Source: Felis catus
Lineage: Eukaryota
Reading direction: 5' to 3'
DNA length: 64,000 nucleotides
Assembly: GCF_018350175.1 (NCBI RefSeq)
Contig: NC_058368.1
Location: 41,790,001-41,854,000 of the forward strand
Both the position numbers and the translations under genes were made by a program. Below the pieces are notes generated by a model, which saw nothing but the letters and a program-made list of their open reading frames with translations, ran no database searches and was not told the origin of the DNA. Below are positions 25,247 to 38,476 of the stretch, in pieces (the stretch's first letter is position 1; every line of letters starts with the position of its first letter).

Positions 25247-27509
25247 GCTTACAGTAATGGAAGGAAAAGTTGGAGCAAAATGAATAGACCAAAGCTGCTG
25301 GGAGGTACATTGTTGTTCAGGCAAGTATTCAAAAAGAACAATTGATTGAAGGAACAAAGATAAAACGTAGATACTCTCCCGAAAAGCCTGCAAAATGCTT
25401 TTTCTAATTCAGTTTGTAGCTGGCAGTGCTTATGGGTACATTAACCACCATGAAAACTGCTAGACGACTCTGCTATCTAAAAGTAGAATATCTGATAAAA
25501 TTTAAGACTTGCCTTGAAGTCAATTTTATCTCACTGAAAGTAGAAATAAATAGAGGCACTGCTTCCTCCTGGCTTAATTCGGATAAATAAGGAAAAACTG
25601 GTGCTTGTTTATGTGTAAGTGGTAGGAATCCTCAGAAGACATGAACTGTTCATATTTTAAATAATAAAGAAAAGAACCTATAGTCAAGCAGCAGTTTTAG
25701 ATGAGCTGAGTCCAACATTTCTATGAAAAGAAACAGGATTTTATTGGCAGAATTTCTGAAAAATAATACTGATAAGAAGGGGGGATCCTAAAAATGGAAA
25801 TGTAGTAGTATAACTATACAGAAAGCTAATAAAGAAGTTGGTCTAAGAGTCTTCTAAGAAAATTAGGTTCAGAAAGAAATTGATTATCTTAGGACTGTAA
25901 GTAAATAAAATGAAATGAATGAATAAAGCAAGCAAGAAGAGAGGAATAGAGGGAAGGAAAAAGAATAAATGGAATTATGAATCAGAGCAAAAATCATGCA
26001 ATTTAAATACATTACTGAAATTCACAATGTGATTCTATGCTTTATAATTAGCCTATGCTGTTTTAATAAGGGTTTTGTTGGCGGGGGGGGTGCTAAAGAA
26101 TTTTTAAATGTTTTTACTTGCATCTCCCTCTTCAATGACTTTTCCCCTACATTCTACTTTGAGATAAGTGTCTACAGATTAAGATATATTTTCTGTCAAT
26201 TATGAGTTTTATGTGAGTTTTAAGGTAAATTATTAAAACACTCCTGCTTGTAACTATGATACTGTAAAACCAGATTTATAGTCCCCTCTCTTTCCTTTTA
26301 TTTATAGCTTGCTTGCTCTTTAAATGCTCTATTTATAACAAATACTGTTTTCAAAGACATCAACTATCACAGGTATCACAGATACCTGGTAAAGATGGAC
26401 AACCAATTTCAGCAAATTCACTGATTCTAAACAGATCCTGAAACTCAGTAGAATCTGAGGGAAATCATAATAGCTATATTGTGTCTCATTTCTATTTGCT
26501 CTATTTTCTTTCCTTTCTTTGTCCCCCACCCCTGGGTTCAATCACCTACTGAACACTCTGCTTATCTCTTCACTCCTCTTCATTATTCCTTTCGAAAAGA
26601 TTTAACCTAGCAGTCAATTTCCAAGATGTTGGTTGCAATAAGAAACTGCCTCAAATAACTGGTGGTTGCCATGATAGGAAATTTGCATTACAGTTTACAA
26701 ATGCCTCTTCCTTTGAAGAGATACTTAGCTATGATTCAAAAAACCATTTTACACAGCACATTTCCTCCCAGATACGCCGGGTGTGTGTTTGGGCACTGAC
26801 CAAAGGATTGCAGGAGAAAATAAAATATTTTTATCCAAAGATCCCCTGAACAGAAAATAGATTATTTAAATGTTATAAGAAGGTGCTGGTTACTCATCTC
26901 CCCTTGGTCTGAAGGAGCAAGACAGGTGGAAATTGCTATCACACAACTATAGCAGGTGGCTGAGTACCAGCTGAGCTGCGTTAATAGTGTAGTGACTTTA
27001 CTCTGGCCTAAGGGGGGAATGTTTATGTGTCCACTTATCGGGACAACGAATATTTCTCCCTTTTATGCTCAGTATTTTCCTAATCTAACACATAATCTAA
27101 ACCTTGGACTCTTGTAAATAGAATGACCCTACATCTTAGTTTCTCCAGCATATAGCTGGTTTACAACTGTTAGCTCAGAATAATTACCATTAGTACCCCT
27201 TAATACTCCCCAAAACGTTCCAGTTTGGGAGATAAATTATATGGAGACCTAGGTATGCAGGCACAAATTTGGAGTGGAGTAAGTCAGAAAAGAGGTGATT
27301 CTAGAGAGAGATTATTTTAACGGTGGATGGCCAAAATCTGCTCCAAGGTTATGTAGCCAGAGGGCTGCTTTTATGAGGAGATTTGCTGGCTGTCTTGCTG
27401 CTTTTAGAATACAGGCTTGGGAAAGGGAAAAGTTTTTCTCCCAAATAGGAAAAAAGAGAAGAATGGCTGCTCCAAGCAGTGCAAACCCCAGATTAAGGTA
27501 ATGCAGCAG

Positions 27510-27745
27510 AAAACACACAGACTTTGGCATCAGATGAATGTGGTTCAAGTTTTTGTTCAAAGAAGCAGCTGAGACTCGGATGAGTTTTACTTAGACTCTT
27601 GCCGTAAGCCCCAGATCCTCCAGCCATAAAACATAATGATTATACACCACTTGCAGGATGGCTGCAAAGTTTGCAGATGATATTTGAGACCCACAGAGTC
27701 AATGTACAAGCTGGTGTATTATTAGCATCTAAGCACACGTCAAAT
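27510..27745 (+). mobile_element. MIR fragment
   Basis: CACAGACTTTGGCATCAGATGAATGTGGTTCAAG head-like motif followed by a degenerate core. Confidence 0.55.
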
Positions 27746-27809
27746 ACTACTAGTAACTAATATTTATTATACACTTCCTGGAAGTTAAGTCGTGTCTTAG
27801 GCTCCTTGC

Positions 27810-27960
27810 TTTCATTATGCAACATAAACTCCAAGAAAGTGATTACTGTTTTTTACCCATGAACATATTGTGACTCAGAGAATTTGCAATGCATATCCAT
27901 CTACACAGGGCTAATAATTGGTGAAGTTAGGATCACAGTTTAAGTCTGTTTAAATTCAGT
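27810..27960 (-). mobile_element. MIR fragment (antisense)
   Basis: GACTCAGAGA...ACACAGGGCTAATAATTGGTGAAGTTAGGATCACAGTTTAAGTCTG resembles the antisense MIR core. Confidence 0.45.
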
Positions 27961-28781
27961 TATATCCTTGATCTTTGAATTACTTAGAATTTACATCCTT
28001 TAAGGAAGACTGTGTGTGGTTTTCTTCACCACTGTATCATCAGTGTCTGGTATAGTATAAAAACCAAACCCAAACAGAACAAACAAAAAACAACCATATA
28101 AAATACATAGATATAATATCCATAAATGCCACAAAGTTGTCGATTCTTATATTTTTCGTCCAGTATTACCAATTTTTGATTTCAAATATATATGAGACTT
28201 TTAGCTGCAGAGAAATTTCTATTTTCCATGATTCAGCAAACTCATATACAGTGGTTTAGAAAGAAGCACCCAAGAGACGACTAAAGAAAAGCCATGCCTT
28301 ACCAAACCAGAGTTTATATGTTTCTCTCAGAAGCAAGACACAGATCTCACTTACAGCCCAAAAGACCCACTTGAAAAGCATTAGAGGGTAAACCTTTCCA
28401 CCGGAGCAAAGTCCTCCTATTAAACGGCTTTTATCATTTCTCCTCAGAGATGGGGAACTTCTCAAAGTTTAAAGTGCTAGTAATACTAACAAAGCAATGA
28501 AAAAAGTAGCAATAGATATGCTCAAGCGTAAATATATCTGAGAGAGAAAAACAAGGCAAGAAATAGCTTAGGAATTCTGCCTGACAAAAATCTCTTTCTT
28601 CTAATCTATGCTCACTGTTGCATGTTAAACACTGTGTTCAATAAAGGACACGGGTTTGGACTCACTAATAGGAAGATGTGCTTTATCACTCCAAATGTAT
28701 TCTGTGACACTGTACAGAGGGGAGCCAATTGTGCTGCCTGCCCTTGGGCAGCATTTATCTAATTGCAACCGTGGGCAGAAG

Positions 28782-28997
28782 TTTAAAAAAAAATTAAGGT
28801 TTATTTATCTTGGAGAGAGACAGAGACAGAGCACAAGCGGGGGAGGGGCAGAGAAAGAGGCAGATACAGAATCCCAAGCAGGCTCCAGGCTCTGAGCTGT
28901 CAGCATAGAGCCTGACGCGGGGCTTGAATCCACAAACCATGAGATCGTGACCTGAGCTGGAGTCGAACGCTTAACAACTGAGCCACCCAGACTCCCC
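28782..28997 (-). mobile_element. Can-SINE
   Basis: Reverse-complement body ending AGCCACCCAGACTCCCC. Confidence 0.93.
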
Positions 28998-31900
28998 AGG
29001 AATTTTTATTTTTTTCTTAATTGCTGCTGCTTTAGGTGGATTTCTGTGTATGTAAAACATACGTTAGAACATTTCAACAAATCAGATCTTAAATATTTCA
29101 TTGTAGCACCTACAACATTCATGGGAAAATTGTTTCCATTTTATCGCACTCCAAAATATTAGAAATACAACCTATGGCCAACACTAATTTTTAACATTAA
29201 AGCTTATTATGTTGTAAGCATTTAACATGAAGAACTGCAATCTCTCAGTTTTGGTATTCCTGAGATTCACTGTGTTTAAAATAAAACACAACGCATTTGT
29301 TTCTACTGAAACAAAAGGCCCTTAGATGGCTCCTTTAATGTTTTAAATTAGATGTACAGTACTTACTTAATGAAATTTTATCTCTGTGGTCTATCCTATT
29401 TCAGTATTTTGAACATGGTTACATAAAATAAAGTCAGGTTCACCATACCACATGAATTATAGAATTGAGAAAGACAATTTAGACCTTAAACTAAGTTAAA
29501 ATGAAAATACTCAGAACTGAAATGGATCCTTTATTGGCAAGGGTCACTTTTGAAGGGCAGAGAATCAGAAGAACCAGGGTGTGGCTAATTGAGAATTGTC
29601 TACATTTATAATTTTCCTGACAGGGACTACATGATTTAAAATGTTGATAAATACAACAAAAATAACTATTTTTTTCTGGATCTACATTAGCAGACTTGGG
29701 ATAAATATGAGAATAACAGGAAAACACATGGATCCAGTTCTAGTTGATATTCTTCAAAACTCTGGAAAGAGAAAAGCATAATTGTGACTCCTGGTTTTAA
29801 TTTCTTTTACTTTAGCTAAACAGTAGAACCTCATTTAACTATCTGGATAAGTCCTTGTGAATGTCTACTTGCTCTGAGTATTGAATAGCCATTACAGATG
29901 CATACATTTACCTCTTCTTGTTTCCCTCCCCTCACCCTACTCCCATTCTTTGTCCTTCTTCTCTTCTTCCTTTTCTGTGTCTTTCAAATAGCAATTATAG
30001 AGGTGATGCACACCAAATCCTTGATTAGGTTCAGGTTAAATGGCATTAAGTAGCAAACATTTTCCTGCTTCGACATGACTATTTCTGTTTCAGTTGATAA
30101 ATTTTAGCCTTTGAGGTTTTCTAGGGGGGAAAAATATGCACTGACACGTAAGGAAGAAAATCTCCCTACTTCGAAATTTATAGAAACATATTTAAGGATT
30201 CTGTGAAGTAAAGCAGACAGTATAGAAATTCTTTATACGTAAGGATTAGGTAACACAATGGAAGAAAGACAGACAGGAATAGGATGGGAGGCAAGGGAGA
30301 GAGAGGAAGAGATTAAAATGAGGATGAGTACATGTGGGACCAGAGAGATTTAATGCTTGAATACCACACAGACTTTGATAAATGAAGAAAAGAAGCCAGG
30401 AAGCCAAGAAAAAACCCATAAATATGAGAAAATAAATACAGGGTTTATAATATTTTTTATATATTTTGATAGAAAACACCTTTAACATTATGTTGCCTTC
30501 CTATGAATTCCATGGTCTTTTAAAATATGATGAAGTATTTGCTGCATTTCAAAATATAGCTTCAAACATCAGATTTAAGTATTTAGTTAGGTATTGTACT
30601 AATTATTTTCACCTTTTTTTCCCTATTAAAGCCTATGTTGTAATGGCAAACTCTATAATGCCAGAAATTCTCTTCCACAATTGGGTGTACCCAGAACAGT
30701 AAAGTTTCCAACATTTTCTACATTTGAACGTCATCACAAATTCTTTGGTACCAGAATGTTTATTTTTTCACAGATATCCTTTTAATTTGTAGCCAGCACC
30801 AAAGCTAGTTTTCTTTAATGTGTGCATTCTGAAAACTGCCATCCGCTAGATTAAGCAATCCAGGTATTATAATAACATTGAAGTCTAGACCTAGGTTCCC
30901 AGGTGGCCCGTATAGTCAAGATCATCCCATTTTTATTGCCGAATCATGAATATGAGATGGAAAGCAGGACATGGTTGTGACATCTGGGCTTCCATCTATG
31001 GCATTCAGCAACGTCAGGATCTAATAAGTGAGTTAGTCCCACTGGTCTAAGTACAACATACCCTGCCCCAAATCCCTGGTAGACACATATGCCTACTCCA
31101 TATTCCGAAAAGTTAAACCTGGCAATCCTATTTTAAGGTTCCCAGTAGCCACCGAACAGCAGTGAGAAGCAGCAGCAGGAAAGAATGAGCTTTGTCTGCC
31201 TTTCCCCTCTCCTAAGCAGATGGTTGGCTAAAACTCACTTCACATGGGAAATCAATTTTAGATTTTTAACTTGGATATCAAGTAATAAACTACAACTGCC
31301 AAGTATGAGAAAAGTAGCCTCTGCATCTATTTTTATCTGTAATGATAATAATGGAAATATGAGAAATAAAATTGTATTTCTGAAATCACTTATTCTTTAA
31401 AAAAAAAGAAAAAAGCTCAATGGTGTCAAAGAATGGCATTTTTAGGAAGACTACAATGTAGGGATGTGTTCTCCACGGAAGGGTGAGCATTTTAACATAG
31501 TTTTGCAATGCCCAAACTGTGGCATGTTCATACCTTTGAGCACAGTGTAGAATAGGAAATTAGACGGAATCCCATAAGTAATGTTGAATGTTCCTGAGTG
31601 GCCACTGGAAACTACAACTTGTGCCAATGTCACTCTCTGATTATTTTCCTTAGTTATTATGGCCACTTTCAGGGCCAGATGTTACTATTCAAAATGAATG
31701 ACTTCTGGTGTTCCAGAAAAGTGGAAGGCCAGAAAGTTGGAAACTCACCAGCCCCTGCAGTCATACCTGAACTTCTTGGTAAAAAGTTTAGCTCCTGAGG
31801 ACAGAAATGTTGCTGAGCATGGGGAGGTAAGGAGGTGAGTGAGAAGCTGGGTATCACTCATTCACTGAATAGTGCCTTCTGAATAGAAGGCTTAGACTTA

Positions 31901-32073
31901 GAATCATACAGCTCTTTTTGGCCCACAAGCTCTGTATCAACTACCTTAATGGAAGACAAAATGCTAACTTTTTTTTCCTAAACAAGACAGAAGATTTTAG
32001 TAATTTAATTTTTTTTCATGCTTCTCTGTTGCCAGGTATCTGTAAAAACTTTTGACTAAGAAATAGGCTGTAT

Positions 32074-32292
32074 GGGGCGCCTGGGTGGCTCAGTCGGTTA
32101 AGCATCCGACTTTGGCTCAGGTCATGATCTCACAGTCTGTGAGTTCGAGCCCCACGTTGGGCTCTGTGCTGACAGCTCAGAGCCTGGAGCCTGTTTCAGA
32201 TTCTGTGTCTCCCTCTCTCTCTGACCCTCCCCCATTCATGCTCTGTCTCTGTCTCAAAAATAAATAAACGTTAAAAAAAAAACTTAAAAAAA
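32074..32292 (+). mobile_element. Can-SINE
   Basis: Perfect TSD AAGAAATAGGCTGTATG at 32058-32074 and 32293-32309. Confidence 0.97.
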
Positions 32293-32767
32293 AAGAAATA
32301 GGCTGTATGAATGCTAAGTTGGTCTAAAACCCACAAGTTCCCCCCTAAACAATGAAATTCCTAACTGCTGACAGAGTTCTTCAAACAAATTCAATACTTG
32401 CCTCTGTTAGCCCCCATACTGGTAACAAGTTAGAAGAAATAATATCCATCAGTAGTTTTATTTTCCCTTTTTATTTTGCTTCTTAAATGTCCCAAACTTA
32501 TATTATCACTTAAATGATTGGAATTTTTCAGTCATGTCACTGGGAAGAAATATTTTGACCTTCTTAATGACAAGAGAGTTCTACATAAAGACTGACATTC
32601 ATATCAGTTGAAATCTTTCCTTAAACTGGATAAATTGGATAATCACTTCTTGGTGTAGTAAGTTAAATATCATTTATCTTTGCCTAAAATGTTACAGAAA
32701 AATTCTTGAAATGCTGACTCTTACAATTTTGAAAGCCTGGCTAGCATGCTTGACTTTGACCAGTGAA

Positions 32768-32838
32768 GATAGATCGATAGATAGATCGATAGATAGATAG
32801 AGAGATAGATACATACATACATACATACATACATACAC
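32768..32838 (+). repeat. Compound (AGAT)n(ACAT)n microsatellite
   Basis: Directly visible. Confidence 0.93.
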
Positions 32839-33124
32839 AGATATCCTAAAATAAATACCTTAGAGGCAGCGAGGAAGAGAAATTCATTATGTGTGTATAT
32901 AAGAAAGAGATTCTCTTCTGAAATGTGTACAACCTTTATTCATGTAAGGTCAACCTTTTCCAAATGGTTTTATTTCAATATTGATCTAGACAGATACCTA
33001 CAACGTGGCTATAGATGCTGAAATTCAGTATCATTCACTAGAGTAGAGAGCTGCTCCCAGAGAAATAGAAATATCACCCTACAGATATTTTCAAGTAATT
33101 CTCCTCATTGAAAAACAACAAAGA

Positions 33125-33289
33125 GGGGAGCCTGGGTGGCTTATGTGGTTAAGCATCCAACTCTTGATCTCAACTCAGGTCACAATCTCACAGTTTATGA
33201 GTTCAATCCCTGTGTTGGGCTCTGCGCTAACTGTGGGGAGCCTGTTTGGAATTCTCTCTTACTCTCTCTCTGCCCCCCCCCCCCACTGG

Positions 33290-33339
<50 letters not shown>

Positions 33340-33345
33340 ATAAAT
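33125..33345 (+). mobile_element. Can-SINE whose tail is split by a second SINE (tail resumes about 33584-33603)
   Basis: GGGGAGCCTGGGTGGCT head, CT tract; A-rich tail continues after the nested copy. Confidence 0.92.
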
Positions 33346-33355
33346 AACTTTAAAA

Positions 33356-33572
33356 TTAAAAATTTTTTGACATTTATTCATCTTTTGAGAGACAGAGACA
33401 CAGACTGTGAGCAGGGGAGGGGCAGAGAGAGATGGAGACACAGAATCTGAAGCAGGCTCCAGGCTCAAAGTTGTCTGCACAGAGCCCGATGCGGGGCTTA
33501 AACCCATGAACCGCAATATCACGACCTGAGTCGAAGTCAGACACTCAACCGACTGAGCCACTCAGGCACCCC
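33356..33572 (-). mobile_element. Can-SINE nested in the tail of the previous SINE
   Basis: TSD AACTTTAAAA at 33346-33355 and 33574-33583. Confidence 0.93.
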
Positions 33573-35475
33573 AAACTTTAAAAAATAAAAAATAAATAAA
33601 ATAGAAAAACCAATTCCATAATCTATATAGGGACCATAAGAACATATATCAAATAATTCTCTGCTGTTGAACTTTTCCTAGGAGAATTTACATATAGAGC
33701 TCTCAAGACCAGTTTGAGAGCAGATATGAATGGTTGGGACCCTGTTCAAATTACATCCAAAACTCAGAGTTATAGTCCAGTCAGAGGGATATGACTAATA
33801 GGACCTTCCTTTATCGGCATAGATATAGACCAGGCAAGGAAGAAGGATTTTTCTGTAATGCACCATTCTTTGGAAAGAAGATTTTATTTATATTATTACT
33901 ACATTTATCATAGAATGCTTACAGCTATTCTTTATTTATGTATAAATTAAATAATCTCTTTAATTTTAAGTATTATTTTTCCCCTTCAGCAGAGATAGAT
34001 AATTGGTATCCTGAATATAAGATACAATCAGATAACTGAACAATGCTATAAAGTAACTTTTTCCTCCCTTAGGCTAACAGCCTTTCCATACCAATCCTGG
34101 TGTCCAAACTTGTACTCACTTTTTGTATCTCAGTTGCTTTCCTTTGGCCTCTGCCCAATTTTTGTCCTTTTGTTAATTGAGTAAAAATAATCTGGCATGA
34201 CGTTAAGCGAACTGAAGGCTGGATATGGTAAATTGCTCTAGATATCTAAAATGTTTTATAGGGAAAGCTGAAGGCACTGCTTGAGCTAAACAAACACACA
34301 CAGGGAATATGTTCATTATTTGCTACCCCTATGCACGAAAGGATATTTTCAGTGGAGTCTGCAGAGATTTAGATTAACAAGCCTTGTTACTGTTAACAAG
34401 CATCGTGTGCCTAATTCCAAGCACATTGTTCTGCAAGTTGGCACCTCCACGTTTGAGTAAAACTGTCACAAGACAAGGGATCTTACACGGAAAAAATGCA
34501 AGTGCCTATAATTCATTCCCTATCTTTTCATATCTTACCATCTTCCTGTATGGCCATTTACTTATGGTCGCAAGGGTATAGTTCTTGATTTTTAAATACT
34601 AAATTTGTCCTTAAAGAAATTCTGAAACCACTACAATTTTAATACCTTCACAATTATTTAGTGATATGTTCTATGAACACCCATGTACCTATTATGACAC
34701 AGATTTAATATATAAATTATCTTTTCCAAGAATTCTCAGACTATTTACTATTTTTTATTTAAAAACAATCTTTGTTAAGATTGAGCTGTAATTTGTGATT
34801 GTAAACTAATTACTGACCTCTGATATGAGGCAAACGAGCAAAAAATAAATGTCCCTCTAAAAATTACCAAAGTTGTCTCTTAATGTAGCTTCACATACTC
34901 AGTTTCAGATATTAAACTTGTGTCGTGGGTATCTAATGTTAAAATGTACTTTTTTCCTTTTGTATATGAAATTCTCACTTAGATTAATAGGTAGAAAGGG
35001 GCCCTTTCTTCAAACACTTGAAAATTGAAAGAAAAAAATACATTTCTATCCTAAAAGATTAAAAAGAAGACTACATTAAAAAAATCAAAGACTAGACATG
35101 CATTTTGTGCAGTTCATTTATTTTCATCTCTTTCCTAACACTTTAAATTTCACTCTGCAATTTGGAACAGATTTGATCAACTTGCTTTCATGTGTCAGTG
35201 TTTTTCAACTGCAATGAAAATAAACAAATGGGCTTGGTTTTCTACAAACTTGTGGAGATGCTGACTTAGCTACAACAGTTATTTACTTTGGCATATGTCA
35301 CATTGTACAGCTCTTACAAAATAAAGTAGGGCCTTGGTTATGCAAAGTTTACATGAAACTCTTGAGCTGGCCCCAGGTTCCTTACAGCAATAAAGCCCCT
35401 TCTTGATAGAAAGGAGAGTGTTCCCACAACTCTTCCCTTCCTGGATGGAGAACATTTGGCATGACAAAAGCTCCC

Positions 35476-35516
35476 GGGGGGGGGGTGGGGGGGTAGGGGG
35501 GGTTGAGGGAGGGGGG
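35476..35516 (+). repeat. G-run cluster (G-quadruplex-forming motif)
   Basis: G10-T-G7-TA-G7-TTGA-G3-A-G6. Confidence 0.85.
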
Positions 35517-37473
35517 CATGTATGGACTGTTTTATGATCCCAAGGAAGATCTTCTTGTTTTAACTTTATGGAAACATAAATACATTTGCTTTGTGCACTT
35601 GAGCTCTGAATGGTCTATGACAGGGGTTAATAAAGTCCAGGAGTTAAACAAGTTCAAAGGCTTAGAGTTTTCACAGTATGCCACCAAATACTGCTGAAAA
35701 TGTGGAACATATGTTATTTCTGAGAGATCAGACTTGCCCATGTGATCAAATTACTACTACAATTCTTCACACTGTAATTTGCCGTCAGCTCTGGATGTGT
35801 AATATTTCAACATGACAACCATTATGTCATACTTTTTATTTTGCCCCCCCCCACAGAAAAAAAAACAGATTTGAATTTTGAAATGGTAAAAATGTTACAG
35901 ACGCACAAACAAAACTACATGCATATCCGCTTTCCTTTGTGAAGAGATAGACTTATAAAAATGGGACAAGTATGACTTCTGAAAGCATAAAAATAATACA
36001 CTGAAAAGAACTAGCATTGCTTAGAGGAAGATGCTCATAACTTCTTAGCCATCACTATGGTATTAATAGATGAGACTTTTGATGCTAAAATTGTGAATGA
36101 GATAAATTGATGAGACTGGGTAGACCCAAATGTAGTATCTGGGATTAAGTTTTTAAAATAAACAGGCTGAAGATATTTTGTAAGTTAATTTTTAAAAGAG
36201 AATGTGATTAAAGACATCCATAATGTCAAGGAAAACTTAGCTCTCCCTCCAACATTATTTTGACCATCTACCTCTCACCCCTTCTTATTTAAATGAAGAT
36301 AGCTGTGCTATGAAGTGAAAGTCAAGGGAGTGTTTATGATGGAAACATTCTCTGCCAGAATGCCTCCCTCAAATGCATCTGTTCCAGAAAACAGTTCAGA
36401 TTCATTGACCCCCTGCTCTACATTGTCACACTTTCAAATCTGTCCACATTGTGATAAATGTCATTTCTTCACAGGTAGAATCCACGGCATATCTTTTTCC
36501 ACGACCCACAAATAAGTTCTACTGTAACTGGCTAGGTAGTACCCAATGTATAACAACTGTCACATCGTTTTGCTACCAGATGCTCCACCCTGTGCTGACT
36601 GCTGCTATCTTGCATTCCCTTATCATGCTCTGTCTTTCTTCTGGAACCACTTCCCAGTTCCCTTCTACCCTCATCCAACTTCAAAGAATGAAAGACATTA
36701 TCATCTTAAAAACAGATAGATAAGAATGCTAAGGGGGAAAAAAAGAGCCACATGAAAAATAAAAGAGATACAAGATAATAGGAAAAACTGAGAGAAGTGA
36801 CAGAAGCATCAGTCTTATGCCTTTTACCTTTTGATTATAAAAGACGAATCATTGTATTATATACAAGGAGGCTGTAAATTAATTCATATGAGATCACATA
36901 TTGTTTCACCTTAAAAACCATATTATAAGAATGGACTTCTAATGTGTAATTGCTTCAGAATATTTCCTGATTACTGTCAGGAATTTTTATTGGTTTCCCT
37001 TCGAAATTTAGTCTACGGCAAAAATGTTAACAGATGTGAAGCCAGAGGAATGCCTCATTACTAAATTCTAAGTGTTGTTGCTTCAGTGAATTCCAAGCTG
37101 TTTTAATAGATATTGCTACTTTGTTGGGGTGGAAGGGATGAAAAAAAATTTTGTTAATAAATGACAATAGCATGTGGAATACAACCTTCTATATTTTTTG
37201 TCTGTTGTTTTTCTGGGCACTCTGAAAGCAGTGTGACCTGAGAATTCTGAAACCATCTACTTTTTCAATGGTGTGAGTCAAAGTTGAAAGGAGATAACAT
37301 TTGGGTACTGTTGGCACTTTATGGACTCCCACCAGACAGTGTACATTACCAGCCCAAAGACAAAAATATTTTTAAAAAAGCAAAGAAAAAATTAAAATAA
37401 ATCATAAGAATTTCTAAAAACTCTCCTTCAGATCATATCCAAGACTCCAAAAGTGTACTGATTGGGCAGTAGA

Positions 37474-37693
37474 TTTTTTTTTTTTAATTTTATTTATTTA
37501 TTTTGAGAGAGAGAGAGAGAGAAAGCAAGCACAGGCAGGAAAGGGGCAGAGGAAGAGGGAGAGAGGATCCCAAGCCGGCCCCACGCTATCAGTGCTGAGT
37601 CCTATGTGGGCTAGATCCCACAAACCGTGAGATCACAACCTGAACTGAAACCAAGAGTCAGATGCATAAACTAATGAGCCACCTGGGGGCCCC
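37474..37693 (-). mobile_element. Can-SINE, older
   Basis: Poly-T/(AG)n followed by a body ending GAGCCACCTGGGGGCCCC. Confidence 0.92.
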
Positions 37694-38237
37694 TAATGTG
37701 GATGAGATATTAGACTTTTTCTGTATGATCCTAAGTGGGATAAGTATGTGATAATGATAAAATGGATTTTTATTCCATTTTTGAAAAAAAACAAAATTTA
37801 TAATCTGAGCAAGCCTAAGAAAATTGAGTTTCTTCAGAGGAAGGTGTGAGTTCCTTTCCCCAGAGATATACAAACATTGTGTGAAAGGCCATTTGGGAGT
37901 AATATAGTAAGAATCTAAGCTTCAGGCGACCTGGACAGATGGTCTCCTCCAACACTGAGACTCTATCATTTATAAAGGCCACAGACCAGAAAATGGAAAC
38001 CTAACCTGAATTAAGTGCCACTGGATGGCAACATTGCTAATTTCCCAATTGTCCCACAAGTGTTCATGATAATTCTGAAGTCCTATTACACATTCCTTGT
38101 ACACTGCCCAAAGTTTATACTACCAAAACAAATACACATCTATGTTTTTAAAAATAAGAAGAAAAAAAGAGAAAGAAAAGGTCGTCATATTATTAGACTC
38201 ATCATTTTATTTGATTGTCCTCTGAGTAAAGTTGTCT

Positions 38238-38403
38238 GGGGGCACGTGGGTGGCTCAGTTGGTTAAGCATCCGACTTCAACTCTGGTCATGATCTCACGG
38301 TTTGTGAGTTCAAGCCCCATGTTGGGCTCTGTGCTGACAGCTCAGAGCCTGGAGCCTGCTTTGTATTCTGTGTCTCCCTCTCTCTCTCTCTGCCCCTCCC
38401 CTA

Positions 38404-38459
<56 letters not shown>

Positions 38460-38476
38460 CAAAAATAAACAAACAT
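38238..38476 (+). mobile_element. Can-SINE with long (CT)n
   Basis: GGGGGCACGTGGGTGGCTCAG head; TAAAGTTGT on both sides. Confidence 0.95.
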
